Source of the DNA: an uncultured Leucobacter sp. | GTDB lineage: Bacteria > Actinomycetota > Actinomycetes > Actinomycetales > Microbacteriaceae | Length of the DNA: 64,000 bases | Direction of reading: 5' to 3' | Assembly: GCA_937967375.1 (NCBI GenBank) | Contig: CALCJF010000011.1 | Coordinates: forward strand, 6,160-70,159 | Shown: positions 1-10,063 of the stretch, piece by piece | Layout: each line of letters begins with the position of its first letter | How positions within the stretch are numbered: position 1 is the stretch's first letter | The notes under the pieces: model-generated | What the model saw: the letters and a program-made list of their open reading frames with translations, nothing else | What the model was told of the DNA's origin: nothing | Database searches by the model: none | Position numbers and translations under genes: made by a program

Positions 1-173
1 ATCCCTCGGGTTCACGACCGAGGGCGCCGTTGGCATGCACCGGAGGATCGCTGTGCCCGCCGAGACGCCCTGTGGCGAGAAGTCTTCTTAGCGCAGGCAC
101 GGTCGGCCGGTCAAGGGGCTGGCCGGGGCGCTGTCGACCCGAGAGGCTTGGCAGAACGTCGATCGGAGGTCTC

Positions 174-1232
174 ATGCCAGCGCAACCGCTCACCGACCGC
201 GCATCCAGTGTGCAAGGTGACATTCATGTGCAGGCCCGCGGCCCACTCAGCGAGGCGGTGCTGCGGGCGCTCACGGGCATCCGCGACGCGGAGGGGCTCG
301 GTGCACTCGCGAGCAGCGCTGTTGACCGGGCCGTCAACGTGACGCACGACGACGACCTGCAGCTGGCACTCTTCGTGCTCTACGCCTCGTCGTACGGTTC
401 GCTCGAGGCGCTCGACCCAACGCAGGAGTGGAACCCCGACCTCATCGAAGCGCGTCGCATTATCGAGCGCGCCTTCGAGCAGGAACTGCGCGAGCGGGTG
501 CCACTGCCAGCTCTGCCCGAGCCAACGGTCGACGACGTGGCTCGTGCCTTGTTCGCGCTCACCTCAGAGGATGCGGGCCCAAGCCTCTCTCGCTACCTCG
601 CGAAACGAGCAACCAAACAGCAGGCGCTCGAGTTCTTGGTGCAGCGCTCGATCTACACACTGCGCGAGGCCGACCCGCACTCGTGGGCCATACCGCGCCT
701 CACCGGCAAGCCCAAGGCCGCGCTCGTCGAGATTCAGTCTGACGAATACGGTGGCGGGCGCCCCGATCGGGTGCACGCAGGGATGTTCGCGAAGACGATG
801 CGGGGCGTGGGGCTCGACGCGAGCTATGGCGCTTATCTGGGCGCGGTGCCGGCCGTGACGTTGGCGTCGCAGAATATGATGTCGATGTTCGGTCTCAACA
901 GGCGGTTGCTCGGCGCGATCGTCGGGCATCTCGCGGCCTTCGAGATGACCTCGTCGATTCCGAACCGGATGTACGGCGACGGGTTTCGACGGCTTGGTTT
1001 CGGCGACGACGTGAACGATTATTTCGATGAGCACGTCGAGGCAGACGCGGTGCATGAGCAGATCGCGGGTCGCGATCTCGCCGGTTCTCTCGCAGAGGAT
1101 CGGCCGGGCCTGTTGCCCGACGTCATGTTCGGTGCGGCTGCGTGTATCACGGTCGACGGCTGGGTGGCATCGCACATGCTCTCGAGCTTCGAACGGGGCG
1201 TGTCATCGCTGCGCGAGGGGTACACGCTGTGA
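174..1232 (+). CDS. Iron-containing redox enzyme (heme-oxygenase-like diiron oxidase, HDO family)
   Basis: GGAGG RBS at 165-169 before ATG 174; diiron-type motifs EADPH, EIQSDEYG..H, HLAAFE, YFDEHVEADAVHE. Confidence 0.85.
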   Translation: MPAQPLTDRASSVQGDIHVQARGPLSEAVLRALTGIRDAEGLGALASSAVDRAVNVTHDDDLQLALFVLYASSYGSLEALDPTQEWNPDLIEARRIIERAFEQELRERVPLPALPEPTVDDVARALFALTSEDAGPSLSRYLAKRATKQQALEFLVQRSIYTLREADPHSWAIPRLTGKPKAALVEIQSDEYGGGRPDRVHAGMFAKTMRGVGLDASYGAYLGAVPAVTLASQNMMSMFGLNRRLLGAIVGHLAAFEMTSSIPNRMYGDGFRRLGFGDDVNDYFDEHVEADAVHEQIAGRDLAGSLAEDRPGLLPDVMFGAAACITVDGWVASHMLSSFERGVSSLREGYTL

Positions 1233-1429
1233 GCGACGAGGCTCCGAGCATCACGCCGTATCCCGACGGGCCGTTGCTGCTGCGCGGCGAGGTCGAGTTG
1301 CTGACTTCGGATGGCGAGCGTATCGAGCGACACCGCCGCACGGTGGCTCTTTGCCGCTGCGGGCTCTCGACGATCAAGCCCTTCTGTGACGGCACCCACA
1401 AGGCGGCGGGGTTTCGCACCGAAGATTGA
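1229..1429 (+). CDS. CDGSH iron-sulfur domain protein
   Basis: ALCRCGLSTIKPFCDGTH motif; GTG start overlaps upstream TGA (GTGA). Confidence 0.92.
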   Translation: MSDEAPSITPYPDGPLLLRGEVELLTSDGERIERHRRTVALCRCGLSTIKPFCDGTHKAAGFRTED

Positions 1430-1621
1430 ACTTCCGGCGGGCGCGGACTCAATTAGGGGGAGGCCCGCGCCCGACCGGTCGATCCACCGCTATTGCTTGA
1501 TCACTCGGCCTCGCCCCGCGCCGTTCTGCTTGGGTCTTAAGCAACTGGGCAGAAAACGTTGCCTCAGCCGTCGCGAGACAACACCTACTGCCCACCTGCT
1601 TTGCGTGATCGGTGAGAGGCG

Positions 1622-2170
1622 GTGGTTAGAGTAAATAAGGTGAGCTTTCAACACGCATGGCCACGGACCACCTTCTTCGCCGCGTACGGTGACACCGCAA
1701 CGGGCCAATGGCACCCCGCGCATGCGGTGCTTGACCAGGGCATGGTGACCCTGTGGATCATGACCCCCACCGGCTGGGCGCAGGCGTTTAGCCTGCCCGC
1801 CGCACAGGTCAGGGTGAGCTCTGCGACGCACCGCACTACGCTCGTCGCCGGTGGTCGCAGCTACCCGTTGCTCGCCGATCAGGCCTCGATCGCTCGCGCG
1901 AACGCACTCACCACGGCGGGTCTCGCCGCGAGCATGCTCGACCTCGACACGCTCAGAGCCTGGACCCACTTTGCTCGTTTTGCGAACCAGGGGCGAGCCG
2001 CCGACGCGTTCGCGGCTGCCGGTGGGCACGAGTTTCTTGCCGCGATGCGCTCATCGGGCGCAAGCGTGTCGCGCACGGGCTACGGGGCGATCATGGGGAT
2101 CGGCTGCGGGTGTGGTCTCTTGATCGCGCTCGGCACACTCGCGGTCATGGTCGCGGTGACGATGGGCTAG
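1622..2170 (+). CDS. Hypothetical protein with C-terminal transmembrane helix
   Basis: 182-aa ORF filling the gap between genes; hydrophobic C-terminus GAIMGIGCGCGLLIALGTLAVMVAVTMG; start uncertain. Confidence 0.6.
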   Translation: MVRVNKVSFQHAWPRTTFFAAYGDTATGQWHPAHAVLDQGMVTLWIMTPTGWAQAFSLPAAQVRVSSATHRTTLVAGGRSYPLLADQASIARANALTTAGLAASMLDLDTLRAWTHFARFANQGRAADAFAAAGGHEFLAAMRSSGASVSRTGYGAIMGIGCGCGLLIALGTLAVMVAVTMG

Positions 2171-2231
2171 CGTGCTGCGAGTCGGATGCGGCCCGTCGTC
2201 GTCGCACTGCGGGCTTCAATAGGCTAGTCGC

Positions 2232-3908
2232 ATGACAGCAACGCTTGTGGCGCAAGGGATCGCCGGTGGCCACGCTCATCGCACGCTTTTTGAGGGGCTC
2301 GATCTCACCGTCGCCCCGGGTGACGTCGTGGGCGTCGTCGGCGTGAACGGGGCCGGCAAGTCGACGCTGCTTCGCATTCTCGCGGGAGACCTGGCACCGC
2401 AGGAGGGCGAGGTTCACCTGGCACCCGCTGACGCCTTCGTGGGCTGGCTGCCGCAGGAGCACGAGCGGGTCGAGGGCGAGACGGTCGCCGAGTACATCGC
2501 GCGCCGCACTGGCTGCGCGCGGGCGACCGAAGAGATGGATGCCGCGGCCGCGGCGCTCGGCGAGCCGGCTCCGCCCGGCGCACCCGACCCGAACGACGTG
2601 TACGCCGCAGCACTCGAACGCTGGCTCGCGAGCGGGGCAGCCGACCTCGAAGACCGGCTGCCCGCGGTGCTCGCCGAGCTGGGCCTCGACACCACCAAGT
2701 CCGATGCGAGCGGCGAGGTCTCGGCTAGCTCGCTGATGACCTCGCTCTCGGGAGGCCAAGCGGCCCGCGTCGGCCTTGCGGCGCTGCTGCTCTCGCGGTT
2801 CGACATCGCCCTGCTCGACGAGCCGACCAACGACCTCGACCTTGACGGTCTCGAACGCCTCGAGCGCTTCGTTCAGGGGCTGCGAGGCGGCGTCGTGCTC
2901 GTGAGCCATGACCGCGAGTTTCTGTCGCGCTGCGTCACCCGGGTGCTCGAGCTCGACCTTGCGCAGCAAAGCAACCACATCTACGGCGGCGGCTACGACT
3001 CGTATCTCGAAGAGCGGGCCATCGCGCGCCAGCACAAGCGCGACGACTACGACGAGTTCGCCCGCAAGAAGGCCGACCTGGTGGCTCGCGCCCGCACGCA
3101 GCGCGAGTGGTCGAGCCAGGGCACGCGCAACGCGATGCGCAAGGCGCCAGACAACGACAAGATCAAGCGCCGCGCGTCGATGGAGTCGAGCGAGAAGCAG
3201 GCGCAGAAGGTGCGCCAGATGGAGAGCCGCATTCGTCGGCTCGAGGAGGTCGAAGAGCCTCGCAAAGAGTGGCAGCTAGAGTTCACGATCGGTGCGGCGC
3301 CGCGGTCGAGTTCGGTCGTGGCGACGCTGAGCGAGGCGCGGGTGGTGCAGGGCGACTTCGTGCTCGGCCCCGTGTCGCTGCAGTTGAACGCGGGGGATCG
3401 CGTGGGCATCACCGGGCCGAACGGTGCGGGCAAGTCGACGCTGCTGCGCACGCTGCTGGGGCGCCGCGCGCCCGGTTCGGGCACGGCCAGCCTCGGCACC
3501 TCGGTTGCGATCGGCGAGATCGACCAGGCTCGCTCGCTCTTTGCCGACAATGTGCCGCTCGCGGAGGCGTTCGAGCGGCAGATGCCCGAGATGACGAGCG
3601 CCGAGGTGCGCACGCTGCTCGCGAAGTTCGGCCTGAAAGCCGACCACGTGCTGCGGCCCGGCAGCGAGCTGTCACCGGGGGAGCGCACCCGCGCCGGCAT
3701 GGCCCTGCTGCAGGCGCAGGGCGTCAACGTGCTCGTGCTCGACGAGCCCACGAACCACCTCGACCTGCCCGCTATCGAGCAGCTCGAACAGGCCCTCGAG
3801 AGCTATGAGGGTGCCCTGCTACTCGTCACCCACGATCGGCGCATGCTCGAGCAGGTGCGCCTCGACCGGCACTGGCACGTCGAGGGCGGCGCCGTTACGG
3901 AGAGATAG
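2232..3908 (+). CDS. ABC-F family ATP-binding protein
   Basis: Two NBDs (GVNGAGKST/LSGGQ/LLDEPTN and GPNGAGKST/LSPGE/VLDEPTN), no TM segments; TAGGCT-N6-ATG leaderless start. Confidence 0.95.
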   Translation: MTATLVAQGIAGGHAHRTLFEGLDLTVAPGDVVGVVGVNGAGKSTLLRILAGDLAPQEGEVHLAPADAFVGWLPQEHERVEGETVAEYIARRTGCARATEEMDAAAAALGEPAPPGAPDPNDVYAAALERWLASGAADLEDRLPAVLAELGLDTTKSDASGEVSASSLMTSLSGGQAARVGLAALLLSRFDIALLDEPTNDLDLDGLERLERFVQGLRGGVVLVSHDREFLSRCVTRVLELDLAQQSNHIYGGGYDSYLEERAIARQHKRDDYDEFARKKADLVARARTQREWSSQGTRNAMRKAPDNDKIKRRASMESSEKQAQKVRQMESRIRRLEEVEEPRKEWQLEFTIGAAPRSSSVVATLSEARVVQGDFVLGPVSLQLNAGDRVGITGPNGAGKSTLLRTLLGRRAPGSGTASLGTSVAIGEIDQARSLFADNVPLAEAFERQMPEMTSAEVRTLLAKFGLKADHVLRPGSELSPGERTRAGMALLQAQGVNVLVLDEPTNHLDLPAIEQLEQALESYEGALLLVTHDRRMLEQVRLDRHWHVEGGAVTER

Positions 3909-4587
3909 ACGACGGGGCGGCCCCGGCGGCGACCTCGCGCACGACCTCGCGCGTGCGCGGGTGGGCGAGAATGCGAAAGTGGCCCCCGGTCTCGACGCGA
4001 ACGTTCAGCGCGCCGTCGAGTTCGCTGCCGCCGGGAATGTGCGGGTCGAACTCCGGGTAGACCGACACGATGCGGGCGTTCGGGTCGCGGGCGGCCGCGA
4101 GCTGCAGCAGCGTCGCGTCGTTCGGGCGAAACGCTCGCAGCGTTCGGCCCACGAGCAGCGAGGCATAGCGCGAGCCGCCGAACGGCGTCGCGATGGCGAC
4201 CATGGTGCGGATCCTCTGCTCTGCGTCACCGAAACTCATGACGTGCTTGCCGATCAACCCGCCCTTGCTGTGCGCGACGATCACGACGCCGCGCAGCTCG
4301 CGCGCCGCAATGTAGTCGTGCACGAGTCGCGCCCCAGACAGCACCGGGATGCGGTTGTTTCGCAGCGGCTCGATGACGTGCACGGGGTGGCCCAGTTCGT
4401 GCAGTTCGCGAATCAGCGGCAGCATGAAGCGCCAGGGTTCGTAGACTCCGGGCACGACGACGATCGGCGAGCGGTGCCCGCTCGCGAACGCGCTCGCCCG
4501 GCGCCGCGAGAAGGCCGAGCGAAGCTGCCGCCAGCCCGCATAGAGGTAATCGGCAGCCCACCAGGCGGCTTGCCGCAACATCCTCAT
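3895..4587 (-). CDS. Alpha/beta hydrolase (lipase/esterase-like)
   Basis: AHSKGG nucleophile elbow, PGVYE oxyanion region, C-terminal GGHF; overlaps LysR stop. Confidence 0.85.
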   Translation of the reverse strand: MRMLRQAAWWAADYLYAGWRQLRSAFSRRRASAFASGHRSPIVVVPGVYEPWRFMLPLIRELHELGHPVHVIEPLRNNRIPVLSGARLVHDYIAARELRGVVIVAHSKGGLIGKHVMSFGDAEQRIRTMVAIATPFGGSRYASLLVGRTLRAFRPNDATLLQLAAARDPNARIVSVYPEFDPHIPGGSELDGALNVRVETGGHFRILAHPRTREVVREVAAGAAPSSISP

Positions 4588-5474
4588 CGCTCAGTCCAGC
4601 CGTTTTCGGCGCCCCCGAGATGCCGCAGCAGCGCATGGGTTGCGTGGTTGGGTCGGTCTCGCCAGATCACCCCGAACTGCGATCGTGCGGCGTCGTCGCC
4701 GATGGGCACCGCAACGACGCCCTCTGGCCCGACTGCGTTTCTTGCGCTGAGCGCCCCTACGCCGATGCCGCGGCTCGCGAGCATGCGCACGTAGGCCGCT
4801 GACGAGACCTCCCATCGGGGCTCGACTCTGGCCGTGCCCGCGCGCGAGAGAAGATTCTCGAGAGCGGCGCGCGCGCCAGTTCCTCGTGGGAGGGCCACGA
4901 TGTCGGTCTTTGCGAACTCGGCCGGGCGGATGCTCTTGCGTGTCGCCCATGGGTGCTCGGCTCCCACGACGGCGACGAGCGCGTCGTCGAAGATCACCAT
5001 CGACTCGACGTCTGCGGGGGGTGCCCCGGCCCACGCGACGACCGCGACGTCGGCTGTGCCCTCGCGCACCTGGGTGATGATGTCTGACGAGGTGCCCTCG
5101 TGAAGCCGCAGGTCGATGCCAGGATGCTGATGATGGGTGGCCGCGAGCGCGTCGAACAGGGGCTCCCAAGTGAGGCCGGTGATGGTTGCGACGCGAAGGG
5201 ATCCCGTGACGAGGCCGCGGATGTCGTTTGCGACCCCCGTGACGTCGTCGATAGCGGCGAGTGCCGCGCGAACGTACGGGGTGAGGCGATCGCCCGCCGG
5301 CGTGAGCTTGGCGCGTCGGGTGCTGCGATCGATGAGCGTGACGCCGAGCTCCTGTTCGAGCTTTCGCAGTTGTGTGCTGATGCCCGACTGATTGATGTGC
5401 ATGGCCCTGGCGGCTGCGGTGAAGGTTCCCTCGTCAATCACTGCGAGGAAGTATCTGAGTTGATGCAGCTCCAT
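4584..5474 (-). CDS. LysR family transcriptional regulator
   Basis: MELHQLRYFLAVIDEGTFTAAA..QSGISTQLRKLEQELGVTLIDR HTH; 296 aa. Confidence 0.95.
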   Translation of the reverse strand: MELHQLRYFLAVIDEGTFTAAARAMHINQSGISTQLRKLEQELGVTLIDRSTRRAKLTPAGDRLTPYVRAALAAIDDVTGVANDIRGLVTGSLRVATITGLTWEPLFDALAATHHQHPGIDLRLHEGTSSDIITQVREGTADVAVVAWAGAPPADVESMVIFDDALVAVVGAEHPWATRKSIRPAEFAKTDIVALPRGTGARAALENLLSRAGTARVEPRWEVSSAAYVRMLASRGIGVGALSARNAVGPEGVVAVPIGDDAARSQFGVIWRDRPNHATHALLRHLGGAENGWTER

Positions 5475-5588
5475 GTGTATTAAGCATAGTTATCATGCGA
5501 ACTAGATGTTGGACACATGAATCAGGGAACGGAATCCTTGGATGAGCATGAAGGCGTGCAAGAAGGTTTGCGCAGAAGGGCGTTGACG

Positions 5589-7211
5589 ATGGAGTCATTG
5601 GAATCGGTGTTGTACACGAACGGAATCGTGTTCACTGCGGCGGGCAGATCATGGGCTGACGCGATGCTTGTCGTTGGAGAGCGCATCGCGTATGTCGGCG
5701 ATGCTCAGACCGCTCGCCGGGTCGCGGGAGCAGACACTCGTGAGGTCGATCTGCAAGGCAGGCTGGTAGTTCCCGGGTTTGTGGATGCGCATGCGCACGT
5801 GCTCATGACAGGGCAGTCGCTCATGCAACTCGACTTGATGACCGCAGACAGCTTGGACGAGATTCAGCAGCGAACCGCACGTTGGGCGGCCGACAACGCA
5901 GATGCGCCGAGGCTTCGCCTGACGGCGTGGAAGCACTCGGCGCTGCCGGGCGGAAAGCCCTCGAAGCAGATGCTCGACGAGATTGTCTCGAACAAGCCTG
6001 TCTACGCGCAGGCGTACGACTTTCACTCGATGTGGCTCAATTCTGCCGCGCTCGCCGAACTGGGTATCGACGCGAATACGCCGCAGGTGCCGGGAGGCGA
6101 GATTCACCTCGACCCGGTCACGGGCGAGCCCACCGGATACATCGACGAAACCGCGATGCATCGCTATGTCTGGCCGCGTCTCGTCGCGTTCGAGACGACG
6201 TCGGATCACGACGAGCAGCGAGATGTCGCGCTCGAGGCGTATCGCTCGCTCGGCATCACCGGCGCGACCGAGATGGCAATGGACGAGAACATTCTCGAGT
6301 CGTTCATGCGCGCTGAAGCGGCAGGAGCGCTCACGACCAGGCTGACGGCGCACTGGATCGTTCGCATGGACCCGGACCCGAACGTGGTGAGATCGCGCGT
6401 AGAACGAGCGATCGAGCTGTTCCGCTCGCACCAGTCAAAACTGCTGCGCGTCGTCGGCATCAAGTGCGTGATTGATGGCACCGTCGACGGCTGCACCGCC
6501 GCACTGGGCACGCCATACGCGAACGGACACGTCGCAGACCCGATCTGGACGCTGGATGCGCTTGCTCCGGTCGTCGAACTCGCCGATGAGGCAGGCATGC
6601 AAGTGGCAATGCACGCCATCGGTGACGAGGCGATTCGCATCGCGATTGAAGCGGTCGAAGCCGCGGTGCGTGCGAACGGCCCGAGGGTGCGCAGGCATCG
6701 CATCGAACACTTAGAAGTCGTGAATCCCGAAGAGATCGAGCGCCTTGCCGCGCTCGGCATCACCGCGAGCATGCAGCCCGTGCATGCAGACCCGAAGATC
6801 CAGGACAATTGGAGGGCGATGCTCGGTGATTCCCGCATTGACCGCGGGTTCCCGTGGCCCGAGATGACCGACGCTGGTGCCACCCTTGCGTTCGGTACCG
6901 ACGCGCCCACCGCGCCGCTCAGTCCGCTGCGCAACATGTACGTCGCGGCGACCAGACGCTCGACTTTCGACCCCGAGCTCGAAGCGAACGTTGCGCGGTA
7001 CGCACTGCCGCTCGCAGATGCGGTAAGGCACGCCACCCGCGACGCGGCGTGGGCCTGCGGTTCTGACGGCTACACCGGCGAGCTCTCAGCTGGTCTGCTC
7101 GCCGATTTCGTGGTCATCGACCGCAATATTTTCGACCGCCCGGTCGAGGAACTGCTCGAAGCACGGGTCGTGCAGACCGTGCTCGGCGGTCGCACCGTGT
7201 TCGAAGCCTGA
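5589..7211 (+). CDS. Amidohydrolase, YtcJ/amidohydro_3 family
   Basis: PGFVDAHAH, IKCVIDG, MHAIGD, HRIEH, FGTDAP motifs; start 5589 or 5517. Confidence 0.9.
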   Translation: MESLESVLYTNGIVFTAAGRSWADAMLVVGERIAYVGDAQTARRVAGADTREVDLQGRLVVPGFVDAHAHVLMTGQSLMQLDLMTADSLDEIQQRTARWAADNADAPRLRLTAWKHSALPGGKPSKQMLDEIVSNKPVYAQAYDFHSMWLNSAALAELGIDANTPQVPGGEIHLDPVTGEPTGYIDETAMHRYVWPRLVAFETTSDHDEQRDVALEAYRSLGITGATEMAMDENILESFMRAEAAGALTTRLTAHWIVRMDPDPNVVRSRVERAIELFRSHQSKLLRVVGIKCVIDGTVDGCTAALGTPYANGHVADPIWTLDALAPVVELADEAGMQVAMHAIGDEAIRIAIEAVEAAVRANGPRVRRHRIEHLEVVNPEEIERLAALGITASMQPVHADPKIQDNWRAMLGDSRIDRGFPWPEMTDAGATLAFGTDAPTAPLSPLRNMYVAATRRSTFDPELEANVARYALPLADAVRHATRDAAWACGSDGYTGELSAGLLADFVVIDRNIFDRPVEELLEARVVQTVLGGRTVFEA

Positions 7212-7224
7212 CGGGATCTGATAG

Positions 7225-8184
7225 ATGAACATTGTCAGATTCGTTCTCAGCAGGGCCTTCGGAATGGCGGTCACCCTGCTCATCGCGACGTTCGTGATCT
7301 TCGGGTCGCTGTTTCTGGCCCCGGGCAACCCCATCACCTTCCTCACCCAGGGGCGCACCGCCTCTCCCGAGGTGATCGCTCAACTCGAGGCGCAGTATCA
7401 CCTCAACGAGCCGTTTCTCGTGCAGTATGGCAAGTGGCTACTCGGCGTGTTGCAGGGCGATCTCGGCCGGTCGATCCTGTTGAACCAGGAGATCACCGGG
7501 ATCCTCGGACCGCTTGCGATCAACACCCTGTTTCTTGTCGGCTACGCGGCCGTGCTGATCGTCGTAATCGGCATGGTGGTGGGAGTGTTTGCAGGGCTGA
7601 AGCCAGGCTGGGTCGACGGAGTACTGATGACCGCGGCGACCGTCATGATGTCGGTGCCCGCGTTCGTCGCCGCGGTCGTGCTGATTCTGGTCTTTTCGGT
7701 GCAGCTCGGTTGGTTTCCGGTGTTCGGTGCGGGGGAAGGGTTTCTCGACAGGCTGCACCACACCACGCTCCCCGCGATCTCTCTCGCGATGATGTCTATC
7801 GCGTTCATGGCGAGGCTCACCCGGGTATCGGTGCGCCAGGAGCTGAACTCCGAGCATTTTCAGACCGGCATCAGCCGCGGCCTGCCCTACGGACTCGTCG
7901 TGCGCCGTCACGTGCTGCGCAACGCTGCAGTTCCCGTGCTCACCACAGCGGGTGTGGCGGTCGCCACGCTGATCGCGATTACGACGGTCGTGGAACAGAT
8001 CTTCCAGCTGAATGGCCTCGGCAGCTACCTGCTCTCGGCTGTACAGCGGCAGGACTTTCCGGTGGTGCAGGCGATCTGCTTGATCTACGTTGCGGTCTTC
8101 ATCGTCTTCAACACGCTGATCGATCTTTCTTACTCACTGCTGGATCCTCGTATTCCGCTCGGCTCGACGGAGGCCGCAAAATGA
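7225..8184 (+). CDS. Peptide/nickel ABC transporter permease (DppB-like)
   Basis: YHLNEPFLVQYGKWL, GDLGRS, EAA-like loop, HVLRNA, RQDFPVVQ. Confidence 0.93.
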   Translation: MNIVRFVLSRAFGMAVTLLIATFVIFGSLFLAPGNPITFLTQGRTASPEVIAQLEAQYHLNEPFLVQYGKWLLGVLQGDLGRSILLNQEITGILGPLAINTLFLVGYAAVLIVVIGMVVGVFAGLKPGWVDGVLMTAATVMMSVPAFVAAVVLILVFSVQLGWFPVFGAGEGFLDRLHHTTLPAISLAMMSIAFMARLTRVSVRQELNSEHFQTGISRGLPYGLVVRRHVLRNAAVPVLTTAGVAVATLIAITTVVEQIFQLNGLGSYLLSAVQRQDFPVVQAICLIYVAVFIVFNTLIDLSYSLLDPRIPLGSTEAAK

Positions 8185-9050
8185 CCACGGCATCGATTGA
8201 CGTGCAGCTGAAGCGGCGCGCCTCGGGGCGATTGCTCGATACGCTCAAGAGCCTCGGCTGGGCCGGATGGATCGCGCTCGGTGTGCTGCTCGCCGCCGCT
8301 TTCGTTGCGATCTTCGGCCCCCTTCTCACGACCCAGGATCCGAACGCGGTGAACCTGGCCTCCGCCTACGGGGCCCCGGCTCCGGGCCACCCGCTCGGCT
8401 TCGACGCGAGTGGGCGCGACCTGTTCACCCGGCTCGTCTACGGCGCGAGAACCACGCTGCTCGGCCCGCTGCTGCTCGTCGCATTCGCCACCACCCTCGG
8501 CACCACGATCGCGCTGGTCGCGGTCTGGCGCGGCGGTTGGCTCGACACCGCGATCAGCCGCACTGTAGACGCAGCGTTCGCGTTTCCAGGCCTGCTGCTC
8601 GCGATTCTCGTCGCGGCCATCTTCGGTGCCGGACTGTTGACCGCTGTGGTGGCGCTGACGTTCGCCTTTACGCCGTACCTGATCAGAATCGTCCGGAGCG
8701 CCGCGTTGAAAGAACGTTCGCTGCCATACGTTGCCGCGCTGCAGGTGCAGGGTGTCTCTGGGTTCGCGATCTGCGTGCGGCACATGCTGCCCAATCTGGT
8801 GCCGACCATCGTCGCCAACGGGTTTCAAGCTTTCGGCGAATCGCTCATCGCGCTCGCCTCGCTCTCGTTCATCGGCCTCGGGGTACAGGCGCCGACCGCC
8901 GACTGGGGAGCGATGGTTGCCAACGGCATGACCGGCGTGCTGAGCGGGTTTCCGCAGGAATCTCTCTATGCGTGCCTCTTGATCGTGCTCGTAGTGGGTG
9001 CGGCGAACATGCTCGGAGATCGGATCGTTGGAAAGGCAGTGCAGCTGTGA
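8181..9050 (+). CDS. Peptide/nickel ABC transporter permease (DppC-like)
   Basis: HPLGFDASGRDLFTRLVYGAR, RHMLPN motifs; ATGA overlap with upstream gene. Confidence 0.92.
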   Translation: MTTASIDVQLKRRASGRLLDTLKSLGWAGWIALGVLLAAAFVAIFGPLLTTQDPNAVNLASAYGAPAPGHPLGFDASGRDLFTRLVYGARTTLLGPLLLVAFATTLGTTIALVAVWRGGWLDTAISRTVDAAFAFPGLLLAILVAAIFGAGLLTAVVALTFAFTPYLIRIVRSAALKERSLPYVAALQVQGVSGFAICVRHMLPNLVPTIVANGFQAFGESLIALASLSFIGLGVQAPTADWGAMVANGMTGVLSGFPQESLYACLLIVLVVGAANMLGDRIVGKAVQL

Positions 9051-10063
9051 ACCGCTTACTCGAAGTTGATCGCCTCGTGCTCGAAGCACGCGTCAAGGGG
9101 GAGCCCCGGGCGATTCTCAGGGATGTCTCGTTCGAGCTGTATGAAGGCGAAGCGCTCGCGATGGTCGGCGAATCGGGATCGGGCAAGTCGATGACGGCGC
9201 GCACGATCAATCGGCTGCTCCCCTCGAACTTCACAGTGAGCGGCAACGTGCGGTTCGCGGGCCAAGACGTGTATTCGCTCCCTCAACATGCGTTGCGGCA
9301 GTATCGCGCGCATGATGTTTCGATGATCTTTCAGGATCCGCGTACGGCGATAAACCCTGTGCGCAAGGTTGGCGACTTTCTCACCGAAACGCTGCGGGTG
9401 AACGACGGCATGAGTCAGAAGGCCGCCGAGCAGCGTGCAGTCTCGCTGCTCGAGCAGGTGGGGATCGGCGACGGTGACCGACGGATGCGCCAGTACCCCC
9501 ATGAGCTGTCGGGCGGGCTGCTGCAGCGGGTCATGATCGCATCGGTGCTCGCGGGGCGCCCACGCTTGATTCTCGCAGACGAGCCGACGACGGCGCTCGA
9601 CGTGACAACGCAGGCTGAGGTGATCGGTATCTTGAACAGGCTGCGGCACGAGTACGGTATCGCGTTGCTGTTCATCACCCACGACCTCGAACTCGCGGCG
9701 GCGATCTGCGACAGCACCGTCGTGATGTATGCCGGGCAGATCATGGAGCGGCAGCTTTCGGATTCGCTGCACGAGCAGCCGCTGCACCCGTATGCCGCAG
9801 CACTGTTTCAGGCGCGCCCAGATCTCGCGAGGCGGCTACCTGAGCTTCGCGCAATTCCTGGCCAGCCGCTCGCCGCGTTCGATGCGCCGGCAGAGGGTTG
9901 CAGCTTTGCGGATCGCTGCGCCTTCGCCACCGCAGCGTGTCGCACTGGCGTCAGAACGCTCGAGCCGACGCCGGGTGGGCTCTCGCAGTGCCTCAGAGTC
10001 GATGAGTTGCGTGCTGAGATGGCGGCCGCGGTTGCACCGCTGGCTGAAGGGAGAATGCAATGA
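9047..10063 (+). CDS. Peptide ABC transporter ATP-binding protein (DppD-like)
   Basis: GESGSGKS, LSGG, ADEPTTALD, PLHPY and C-terminal Cys motif; GTGA overlap. Confidence 0.93.
   Translation: MNRLLEVDRLVLEARVKGEPRAILRDVSFELYEGEALAMVGESGSGKSMTARTINRLLPSNFTVSGNVRFAGQDVYSLPQHALRQYRAHDVSMIFQDPRTAINPVRKVGDFLTETLRVNDGMSQKAAEQRAVSLLEQVGIGDGDRRMRQYPHELSGGLLQRVMIASVLAGRPRLILADEPTTALDVTTQAEVIGILNRLRHEYGIALLFITHDLELAAAICDSTVVMYAGQIMERQLSDSLHEQPLHPYAAALFQARPDLARRLPELRAIPGQPLAAFDAPAEGCSFADRCAFATAACRTGVRTLEPTPGGLSQCLRVDELRAEMAAAVAPLAEGRMQ

Noticed and set aside
5472-5519. CATGTGT...ACACATG inverted repeat spanning divergent start codons
   Set aside because: Only 7-bp arms, partly forced by the two ATGs; no clear T-N11-A dyad
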